Source of the DNA: an uncultured Desulfatitalea sp.
GTDB lineage: Bacteria; Desulfobacterota; Desulfobacteria; Desulfobacterales; Desulfosarcinaceae
Direction of reading: 5' to 3'
Assembly: GCA_963668675.2 (NCBI GenBank)
Contig: CAXXMB010000002.1
Span: 2,112,001 to 2,176,000, forward strand
Length of the DNA: 64,000 nucleotides
Positions 1 through 7,641 of this stretch are shown one piece after another. The position numbers were made by a program, and so were the translations under genes. Below the pieces are notes generated by a model. The model was not told the origin of the DNA and did no database searches. It saw only the letters and a list, made by a program, of their open reading frames with translations. Numbering within the stretch: the stretch's first letter is position 1; the number at the start of each line of letters is the position of its first letter.

Positions 1-2
1 TC

Positions 3-944
3 GATGTGCATTGGGTTTTAGCAGAGGAGGAGGCCGAGGCGAACGTATGGATCAATCCCACGACATCCAACGGCCACCCAGGATTCATCGGCAGCATCGA
101 TCCTGTCAGCGGCCAGGTGACTGTCAGCCAAGGCACGAGTTTGGATCTATACGACCTTACAGAGGATAGCTTGTTCGGCATCGATACGCTTCTCATCCAA
201 GTGCACGAAACAATTGTGATCCCTTATTCCGCCTCCCCCACATCGGGTGTCATCCAGATTGAAGAGGATGCAATCGACGGGCTCCGCGTAACCATAACGC
301 TGGCAGGAAGCAACGGTGATGTTTGGATACAATACGATGAAGACAGTGATGGAAACATCGATGCCGAAGAAGCCTTTAGCTGGGACCAGTTCGACGAACT
401 TGGGGACACGGGTTCAAGCCGGCAGCGGTTGGCGCGTTTCGGCATCGACGTTATCCAGTTTCTGCTCAATCAGGTCAAGCTGGTAGAATACGCCCTGGAA
501 ATGTTGGGCGAACACGAAGACGATCTCAACCCCGGCCCCTATGTGGAAGATGCGAACTCCTTCAGCGCCCAGGGGTTGACCGGACCGGCCGGGATCGCCG
601 ATCCAGGCACCTTTACCGCCACTTGGCACGATGGTCCGAACGATGATGGTGACGTTGGCCCAGGCGACGACTTCGAATTGGATTGCCTGGAGGCGTGGCT
701 GGACGATACGGATTCCGAAGACGACCTGATCTTCGACGGGCAGGTCGATTTCATCGGGTTCACCGAAGTGGTGGAGGACGGCGAAACCATCCGCATCGGA
801 TTTGAACCGTATCTGGCGAGCCCGGGCGGTGTCTATCTCGACAATTTCACCGAGTATTATACCGACACCGAAAACAGCGCGGTCTCCATCGATACGACAT
901 TTACCCTAAACGGCGCCTTTTCCATCGTATTCACGGCCCAATAG
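3..944 (+). CDS. Very acidic hypothetical protein, 5'-truncated by the window edge; possibly extracellular/Ca-binding
   Basis: Frame is open from the window start; Asp/Glu-rich with DxDxDG-like motifs (DEDSDGNID, DDGDVGPGD). Confidence 0.6.
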   Translation, partial: DVHWVLAEEEAEANVWINPTTSNGHPGFIGSIDPVSGQVTVSQGTSLDLYDLTEDSLFGIDTLLIQVHETIVIPYSASPTSGVIQIEEDAIDGLRVTITLAGSNGDVWIQYDEDSDGNIDAEEAFSWDQFDELGDTGSSRQRLARFGIDVIQFLLNQVKLVEYALEMLGEHEDDLNPGPYVEDANSFSAQGLTGPAGIADPGTFTATWHDGPNDDGDVGPGDDFELDCLEAWLDDTDSEDDLIFDGQVDFIGFTEVVEDGETIRIGFEPYLASPGGVYLDNFTEYYTDTENSAVSIDTTFTLNGAFSIVFTAQ

Positions 945-970
945 CATACATTGACGCCAAACGCGGTTGA

Positions 971-1089
971 CCGGGCAAGGATAGCACGTCCCTACACGGT
1001 TGGTGTCTGGTAACAGAATGTATTTGTACTATATTTCGTAGGGGCGGGCTTTATGCCCGCCCCTTACATGCGCTTAAGCTAATGACATT
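971..1089. repeat. MITE/REP-doublet element, copy A (decayed)
   Basis: Aligns over about 120 bp to the reverse complement of 7217-7337; contains GTAG + GGGGCGGGC-tttat-GCCCGCCCC palindrome (1038-1063) and the CTTAAGCTAATGACATT terminus. Confidence 0.85.
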
Positions 1090-1101
1090 TTATAAAGAAT
1101 T

Positions 1102-1166
1102 GTCGTGCCGGACGTGATTTGGCATCGAGTGGCAACCGCTGGTTACCGGCTTTCGCCGGAAAGACG
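1102..1166. repeat. Degenerate short palindromic repeat of the GTCATGCCGG...CCGGAATGAC type
   Basis: gtcgtgccggacgtgatttggcatc...ccggc-tttc-gccgg-aaagacg; hairpin at 1146-1159. Confidence 0.55.
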
Positions 1167-1399
1167 AAATTGGTCTATTTATTTACCTTAACCGTAATTC
1201 GGCTAACAACAAAACCCAGGCACCCGAAGGCACGCAAGCGTATAAATCGATTCAGTCTATCGGGCGTTTAGCAAAATCCCCCCATACGTTCATCCAGGAC
1301 TTGATCTTCCGGGCGACTATGGCCTATCCTGTTCGCTGAGCAAGTTGCACCTCGCGGCCTTTAACAACGCCGGACCGTTACCGGACAGAGGAGTCGCCC

Positions 1400-1945
1400 A
1401 TGCCACGCGCCAAGAAGCCCACACCCATAGGGAAACGCATCAAGACGTTTCGTACCCGTAAGAAGATGACCCTCGATCAGCTGGCCAACGAGACGGGATG
1501 CAGCATCGAATACCTCAAACAGGTCGAGAGCGGCGAGGAGATGCCGCCGGTCGGCACCTTGCTGCAGATTTCACGCGCGCTGGCCATCGACTCGGGCGAC
1601 CTGCTCAAAGACGAGAAGCAGAGCCGCGACAAACGCGCCGCCGCATACACCAAGCGTACCAAGAACTACGCCTACACGCCCCTGACGCCGGGCGCCGAAC
1701 ACAAGCACCTCAAGGCGTTTCGTATTCAGATCAAGGCGATGCAGGACCATAAGGGCGTCGGATACCGCCATGAAGGCGAAGAGTTCGTCTATGTGCTCAA
1801 AGGCAAGGTCGAGGTCACGGTCGGCGAACATGTCAACCGCCTGGCGCCCGGCCAATCCCTCCACTTCAACTCGGGCGTCCAGCACCACATGCGCAATGTC
1901 AGCAAAGAGGATGCCGAGCTGGTGGTGGTGGTCTACAATCCGTAG
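1400..1945 (+). CDS. XRE-family HTH + cupin transcriptional regulator (PuuR/SutR-like)
   Basis: N-terminal HTH (TLDQLANETGCSIEYLKQVESG) and C-terminal cupin (HEGEEFVYVLKG, SLHFNSGVQH); RBS gaggag. Confidence 0.92.
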   Translation: MPRAKKPTPIGKRIKTFRTRKKMTLDQLANETGCSIEYLKQVESGEEMPPVGTLLQISRALAIDSGDLLKDEKQSRDKRAAAYTKRTKNYAYTPLTPGAEHKHLKAFRIQIKAMQDHKGVGYRHEGEEFVYVLKGKVEVTVGEHVNRLAPGQSLHFNSGVQHHMRNVSKEDAELVVVVYNP

Positions 1946-1992
1946 TCCCTTCACAGAGATCACAACCCTATCGATGCAATGGTGGAGCCGGA

Positions 1993-3144
1993 ATGATGCA
2001 CCTGACCGAAGAGCAGCGTATGATCCAAGGCATGATCCGCGAGTTTGCCCGCCGGGTGGTGGCGCCCGGTGCCAGTGAAAGGGACCGCACCAAAACCTTT
2101 CCATCAGATGTTCTCGCGCAGATGGGCGAACTGGGCCTGATGGGCATGATGGTGCCGTCGGAATACGGTGGCAGCGGCTCCGATGCCGTGGGCTATGTCT
2201 CCGCGCTGTCGGAGATCGCCGCGGCCTGCGCCTCCACCGCGGTGGTGATGTCCGTGCAGAACTCCATCGTCTGCGAAAGCCTGTTGCACTTCGGCTCGCC
2301 TGAACAGAAAGCGCAATTCCTCGTGCCGCTGGCCGAAGGAGAAGCGATCGGCGCCTTTGCCATGACCGAGCCGGATGCCGGCTCGGACCCGGTCAGCCAG
2401 ACCACCACCGCCGAGCGCGACGGCGACAGCTACATCCTCAACGGCGCCAAACGCTTCATCACCTCGGGCAAACACGCCAGCACGGTTATTGTGACGGCCA
2501 AGACCGATCCAAACCTGCGCCACAAAGGCATCTCCGCCTTCATCGTCACCAAGGGCACCCCCGGTTTTGAGGTCGGCCACGAAGAGGACAAGATGGGGCT
2601 GCGCGCCTCGGATACCACCGACCTGCTCTTCGACCAGTGCCGGGTCCCCGCATCCCAACGGCTGGGCGAGGAGGGCCAGGGATTCGAGATCGCCATGAAG
2701 GGGTTGGACGGCGGGCGCATCGGCATTGCCGCCCAGAGCGTAGGCGTGGCCCAGGCCGCGCTGGATGCGAGCGTAAAGTACACAAAAGGCAGGACCCAGT
2801 TCGGACAGAGCGTCTCAAAGTTCCAGGGGCTGCGCTGGATGGTGGCCGACATGGCCGTTCAGGTGGCCGCCGCCCGACAACTGATGCTGGCCGCGGCGGC
2901 TATGAAGGATCGGGGAGAGAATCACACCATGCAGGCCTCCATGGCCAAGCTCTACGCCTCGGAGATGGTCAACCGCATCACAGCCCAGGCCGTGCAACTG
3001 CATGGTGGATATGGATACACCAAGGAGTACCCGGTCGAGCGCTACTACCGCGACGCCCGTGTCTTTACCATCTACGAGGGCACCTCGGAGATACAGCGGG
3101 TGGTGATCTCCAACCACATTTTCAAAGACAAGCGAAAGCCCTGA
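1993..3144 (+). CDS. Acyl-CoA dehydrogenase (short-chain/butyryl-CoA type)
   Basis: FAMTEPDAGSD, NGAKRFIT, QLHGGYGY, IYEGTSEIQR motifs; 383 aa. Confidence 0.95.
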   Translation: MMHLTEEQRMIQGMIREFARRVVAPGASERDRTKTFPSDVLAQMGELGLMGMMVPSEYGGSGSDAVGYVSALSEIAAACASTAVVMSVQNSIVCESLLHFGSPEQKAQFLVPLAEGEAIGAFAMTEPDAGSDPVSQTTTAERDGDSYILNGAKRFITSGKHASTVIVTAKTDPNLRHKGISAFIVTKGTPGFEVGHEEDKMGLRASDTTDLLFDQCRVPASQRLGEEGQGFEIAMKGLDGGRIGIAAQSVGVAQAALDASVKYTKGRTQFGQSVSKFQGLRWMVADMAVQVAAARQLMLAAAAMKDRGENHTMQASMAKLYASEMVNRITAQAVQLHGGYGYTKEYPVERYYRDARVFTIYEGTSEIQRVVISNHIFKDKRKP

Positions 3145-3177
3145 TGTGTCATCACCTTCAGCACAAGGAGCTTCAAT

Positions 3178-3675
3178 ATGGTTCGCACCGAAATCTCCCT
3201 TTTTTTAAAAAACGCACCCGGTGAACTTGGAAAACTCACCGCGCTGATGGCCGAAGCAAACATCAACATCGATGCCATCACGATCCAGGACGCCTCCAGT
3301 TACGTCAAGGAGCTGTTCAAGGCCCGCGGCAAATCCCTCAAGCGCATCGCCTCGGCCGCCAGCTACAACTCCATGAGCAAGGACTCGGCCGAGTTCGCCC
3401 TCATCCGCCTGCTGCCGGCCGACGGCACCATCAACCACGCCATCGACCTGCTCTCCGAGCACGACTACCTATTCGACATCTTGCCGGTCATCGCCGTCAC
3501 CCTCACCAACAAACCCGGTGAAATTGCCGCCATTACGAGCAAACTCGGCGAAGAGGGCATCAATATCAACTATGTCTACGGATCGGCGGGGGACCTCAAC
3601 CAGCCGTGCCTCTTCGTCTTCTGCCCGGACGATATCGACCACGCCGCCAAGGTGTTCAAAGAGCAGGCCGTTTGA
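3178..3675 (+). CDS. Tandem ACT-domain protein
   Basis: Two ACT starts (LKNAPGELGKL...ANINI; LTNKPGEIAAI...GININYVY); RBS aaggag. Confidence 0.85.
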   Translation: MVRTEISLFLKNAPGELGKLTALMAEANINIDAITIQDASSYVKELFKARGKSLKRIASAASYNSMSKDSAEFALIRLLPADGTINHAIDLLSEHDYLFDILPVIAVTLTNKPGEIAAITSKLGEEGININYVYGSAGDLNQPCLFVFCPDDIDHAAKVFKEQAV

Positions 3676-3715
3676 ACGAGAGGCTCGGATGATATTGTTC
3701 GGAGAGATTGAGCAT

Positions 3716-4525
3716 TTATTCCATTTCAAGAGAGAACAACGCTTTTGTCTCTTCATCGGCCGGGAAGAGGGACTCGATGCGAAGTTCCTGGGTGGTTGAG
3801 TCGCGCGGTGTGCCCAGCGTGGTGATCGTAGTGAAGAAGCTGGCCTTCAAGCCCTCCTTTTCAAAGGTCAAACTCATGATCGGCAGATCATCATCAACTT
3901 GAAAATCCATTGGGACTTCACTGCTTCGCAGCGGTGACAACGCTTCATACAGTGAGAACAATTCACTGATCTGCGTCGATGCGGCCTCATCCCACAGACG
4001 ACTGAGCATAAACTGCTCTATCCGCGGCCAGTCCTTTATGTATGGCCGCAAACCATCTTTGGCGAATGTCAGATGATACACGTTATCGTATCTCTTCAGC
4101 GCATGTTCTCCTACGAGGAGTTTGATCATTCTCTCATAACCTGAATTGATCTCCAAAATCGTATAGGCCGCATTGACCACAAAAGCCGGATACGGCTCAT
4201 GCTTTTCCAGCATGCGCTGCAGGGCCTGCCGGACGATCTCCATCTTCTCCCCATTAAATGGTTCTTCACCAAACTCGGAAGCATACCCGGCGGCCTTTAA
4301 AACGGCATTGCGATGCCTGAACGGCAGTTTTAAGGCGTGCGCCATTTTCAAGATGAGGTTGCGGCTGGGCCTGGACCGGCCTGTTTCCACAAAGCTCAAA
4401 TGCTTGGTGGAAACACCAATCTCCAACCCCAGATCCATCTGGCTCATCCTGTTAAATTTACGCCAGAAACGAAACAGCTCTCCCGCCGAATCCCTCTTTT
4501 TCCGTATTTCCATCAAACCCTGCAT
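3716..4525 (-). CDS. XRE HTH regulator with MmyB-like ligand-binding domain
   Basis: SQMDLGLEIGVSTKHLSFVETGRSRPS HTH; HEPYPAFVV and FFTTITTLGTPRD...ELRIESLFPAD C-terminal motifs; start at 4525 or 4513. Confidence 0.9.
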   Translation of the reverse strand: MQGLMEIRKKRDSAGELFRFWRKFNRMSQMDLGLEIGVSTKHLSFVETGRSRPSRNLILKMAHALKLPFRHRNAVLKAAGYASEFGEEPFNGEKMEIVRQALQRMLEKHEPYPAFVVNAAYTILEINSGYERMIKLLVGEHALKRYDNVYHLTFAKDGLRPYIKDWPRIEQFMLSRLWDEAASTQISELFSLYEALSPLRSSEVPMDFQVDDDLPIMSLTFEKEGLKASFFTTITTLGTPRDSTTQELRIESLFPADEETKALFSLEME

Positions 4526-4529
4526 AAAT

Positions 4530-4546
4530 ATTACCTCTGAGGTAAT
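4530..4546. promoter_or_regulatory. Palindromic operator between the MmyB-like regulator and its divergent gene
   Basis: ATTACCTC-t-GAGGTAAT, a perfect 8-1-8 inverted repeat immediately upstream of the regulator start. Confidence 0.7.
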
Positions 4547-4681
4547 GGACATTGTAACCTTAATCATCTACTTAACTTGGGAACCCCGACCGAATCAAGC
4601 CTCCACAAAAAGTTGACGCGCAACGCATGGCGACAACAACCAAAAGCTTGGTTGCGGCCTGAACAGAAAAGGAGGTGTCCG

Positions 4682-5026
4682 ATGGTTGCTTTTCGACTTT
4701 TACTGGCTCTTTTCATTATAGCCATTGTCAGCTTCACGGGGGTTGTGATCTCCAACCATGGTTGGAACCTGCTCCCCATTTTCTTTGGCGATATCGTGTC
4801 CATGACCTGGCCCGGTCAGTTCAATTTTGACTTTTTGTGTTTCCTCATTCTTTCCGGACTATGGCTCGCCTGGCGTCACCATTTTACCCCCGGCGGGCTT
4901 GTCTTAGGTGTGTTTGGGCTTTTTGGCGGGATCATGTTTCTCGCCCCCTATCTCCTTATTGCGAGCTACAGCTCCGGAGGGGACATAAAGATACTCTTTC
5001 TGGGTAAAGTCAGGGCGAACAGTTGA
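4682..5026 (+). CDS. Small membrane protein (about 3 TM), unknown function
   Basis: Strong RBS aaaggagg before ATG 4682; hydrophobic segments; WPGQFNFDF motif. Confidence 0.8.
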   Translation: MVAFRLLLALFIIAIVSFTGVVISNHGWNLLPIFFGDIVSMTWPGQFNFDFLCFLILSGLWLAWRHHFTPGGLVLGVFGLFGGIMFLAPYLLIASYSSGGDIKILFLGKVRANS

Positions 5027-5092
5027 TATCGGTTGGGGTATTTTTTTCGATACGGAAATGGCGCCTGCTTGGACAGGCAACCATTTTCACTT

Positions 5093-6526
5093 TTAGCCTG
5101 CCGGTGTTCGAATGACCAACAGCCTTATCTCGGTCATATCCTCAATGGCGTAGCGCAGGCCTTCACGACCGATGCCCGAATCCTTTACGCCACCATAGGG
5201 CATATGGTCTACCCGCCAGGAGGGCACATCCCCCACCACAACGCCGCCGACATCGAGCCGGTCCCAGGCCGTCTGGGCACGGTATAGATCACGGGTAAAC
5301 ACCCCCGCCTGAAGTCCGTAGCGTGAGGTGTTGATAGCTTCGATCGCCGCATCGAAATCGTTGAAGCGCGAAAGTACCGCCACCGGCCCGAACGCCTCCT
5401 CCTGGCAGAGCTTCTCTTCGGCCGGCACATCCTCCAGAAGCGTGGCCGACAGCATGGCCCCGTTGCGCTCGTTGCCGCACAGCACCCGTCCGCCGGCTGC
5501 CACTGCATCTTCGATCCACGCTTGCACGCGCATTGCATCCTTCTCCGAGATCAGCGGCCCGATAAACGTGCTACGCTCTTTGGGATCGCCGGTTTTGAGT
5601 CTCTTGACTTTGGCTATCAGACGCTCGCGCAACTGCTCGTAGACCGCCTCATGAATCAGAATACGCTGCACGCTGATGCAGCTCTGGCCGGACTGGTAGA
5701 AGGCACCCATCACCAGCCGGTCCACGGCATCGCCGATGTCAGCCGTCTCGTCCACGATGCAAGCCGCGTTGCCGCCCAGCTCAAGCACCACCCGCTTCTT
5801 GCCGGCCTTGGCCTTGAGCCGCCATCCCACGCCGTCCGATCCGGTGAAACTGAGCAGTTTGAGCCGGTCGTCGGTCACCAACTGGTCGGCACCGTCCCGA
5901 GGACAGGGCAGAATGGAGAAGGCCCCTTCGGGCAACCCCACGCCGGCCATAATTTCGCCCATGATCAACGCACCCACCGGCGTGGCACTGGCCGGCTTGA
6001 GCACAAAGGGGCAACCGGCGGCGATGGCCGGCGCCACCTTGTGAGCCACCAGATTCAGGGGAAAGTTAAACGGGCTGATAAAGGCGCACGGCCCCAGCGG
6101 CACCCGCTGGGTCATGCCGCGATAACCGCTGGCGCGCGCGCTGATCTCCAGCGGAATGGTCTCCCCGCCGATGCGCACCGCCTCTTCGGCCGCCACCCGA
6201 AAGGTGTCGATCAGGCGGGTCACCTCACCCTCGGCATCCGCGATCGGTTTGCCGGCCTCGATGCAGAGGCTCAACGCCAGTTCATCCCGACGCTCTTCGA
6301 AGGCCGCCATGCAGGCGTACAGAATCTGCTGGCGCTCATACGGCTTCAGAGCCGCCATGGGGGGGGCCGCCCGATGGGCCAGCGCGATGGCGCGGTCGAT
6401 GGTTGCACCGTCGGCCAGCGGCACCCTCGTGGCCACCGCGCCGGTATACTTGTCGACCACCTCCAGGTCGGTGTTGGGCAGTTCTGGGCGATTACCGAGA
6501 TAGAGCGGATAGGTCTCCTTAAGCAT
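5093..6526 (-). CDS. NAD(P)-dependent aldehyde dehydrogenase, ALDH21-like subfamily
   Basis: ISPFNFP, KPAS, SFTGS, LELGGN (Glu), GQSCIS (Cys), EEAFGP, PSWRVDHMPYGGVKDSG. Confidence 0.93.
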   Translation of the reverse strand: MLKETYPLYLGNRPELPNTDLEVVDKYTGAVATRVPLADGATIDRAIALAHRAAPPMAALKPYERQQILYACMAAFEERRDELALSLCIEAGKPIADAEGEVTRLIDTFRVAAEEAVRIGGETIPLEISARASGYRGMTQRVPLGPCAFISPFNFPLNLVAHKVAPAIAAGCPFVLKPASATPVGALIMGEIMAGVGLPEGAFSILPCPRDGADQLVTDDRLKLLSFTGSDGVGWRLKAKAGKKRVVLELGGNAACIVDETADIGDAVDRLVMGAFYQSGQSCISVQRILIHEAVYEQLRERLIAKVKRLKTGDPKERSTFIGPLISEKDAMRVQAWIEDAVAAGGRVLCGNERNGAMLSATLLEDVPAEEKLCQEEAFGPVAVLSRFNDFDAAIEAINTSRYGLQAGVFTRDLYRAQTAWDRLDVGGVVVGDVPSWRVDHMPYGGVKDSGIGREGLRYAIEDMTEIRLLVIRTPAG

Positions 6527-6536
6527 ATGCCTCTCC

Positions 6537-7154
6537 TTAACCTTTGGTCAGGGTGTGAACGAAAATGGTTGCCAGCACGGCCACCACTTCGAACTCGATC
6601 AGTTGGGTGGCGTTGCGATCGAGCAGCAGGGTCGCCCTGGCCGGGAACTCATCGTCCCGGTCGTAGAAGATAAGCTGCAGCTCTATATGGGGCAGCAGCT
6701 CGAAGATAAGGCTCTGCGCCCCCAAGCCGCCCTCCCCGCCCAGGCGGCCGCCAAGCAAAACCGCAGCCGCCATCAGTTCGGGAACATGCCCCTGAAATCG
6801 CTGGATTACGGGGCGCTCCAGAGCGCCCTGGGAGTAGCCCGCCTGCTTGAAAAGCGGCCCGGCAAGCTCCGAGAAGGTGACAAACTGCCCGGCCGGCCGG
6901 CTGCGGCTGCCATTTAAAATGTAGTGGGCCAGTACACTTCCCACAGCATCCCCGAAGCCGCGACCATCGAGACGCCGCACTCCCTGGTTGGACACGAAAA
7001 AGGTCATCCCCAGAAGCGGCACTTCAGCTTCACCCGCAGCATTCACCGCCAGCTCAAGATGCTTAGCAGATACCGCGATATCCGCATCGGCCAAACGCGC
7101 AAGCAGATCAGCATAGATCTTACGATGGCCGCCCACGGTACCTGTCTCATTCAT
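6537..7154 (-). CDS. DUF3786-family protein
   Basis: About 205 aa with VLAHYIL, VTFSEL.G and LIFYDRDDEFPARATLLLD motifs. Confidence 0.8.
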   Translation of the reverse strand: MNETGTVGGHRKIYADLLARLADADIAVSAKHLELAVNAAGEAEVPLLGMTFFVSNQGVRRLDGRGFGDAVGSVLAHYILNGSRSRPAGQFVTFSELAGPLFKQAGYSQGALERPVIQRFQGHVPELMAAAVLLGGRLGGEGGLGAQSLIFELLPHIELQLIFYDRDDEFPARATLLLDRNATQLIEFEVVAVLATIFVHTLTKG

Positions 7155-7215
7155 TATAACCCCTCTTGATTGATCATTGAATCCAACGGAATTCCTTCAC
7201 TTCATACCTTCAACT

Positions 7216-7370
7216 CAATTTCATTAACTTAAGCGGATGTAATGGGCGGGCATAAAGCCCGCCCCTACTAAATTTGATTAGAAATACATTATGTTACCAT
7301 ACACGAACCGTGTTTTTGCAGGGTTTATGCCCGCCCGGATCGGTAGCTGAAAAATTTTTAATGATATTGG
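7216..7370. mobile_element. MITE-like element (copy B) with IS4-like terminal IRs, 9-bp flanking direct repeat and internal REP doublet
   Basis: TIRs CAATTTCATTAA (7216-7227) and TTAATGATATTG (7358-7369) match 11/12; CCTTCAACT at 7207-7215 and 7371-7379; internal GGGCGGGCATAAAGCCCGCCCCTAC. Confidence 0.8.
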
Positions 7371-7420
7371 CCTTCAACTTTGAACTCAACTTTCGGGTTT
7401 CATAAAGATCTACATACTAA

Positions 7421-7600
7421 GGTGAGTCCAGTAGGTGGTCTGCACCTCGTCAGCATTGCATTTTAGTGCCGCTTAGCTGCTGTGGAGGATCAGCGGCCCG
7501 GACTGTTTGAGCGTAAGCGAGTTTCCGGGCCGCCCGGAACAGCAGCTTAGCGGCACTTGAATGCGTTTTCGTGAGGTGCAGACCACCTACTGGACTCACC
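7421..7600. repeat. 180-bp nested palindrome (long hairpin)
   Basis: Perfect 28-bp IR 7421-7448 / 7573-7600, inner stems gtgccgct/agcggcac, agctgctgt/acagcagct, gcggcccgga/tccgggccgc, loop ctgtttgagcgtaagcgagtt. Confidence 0.92.
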
Positions 7601-7641
7601 GGCTTTTAACCTCTACTAAGTTAAAACGTTCAACTTCTCTT

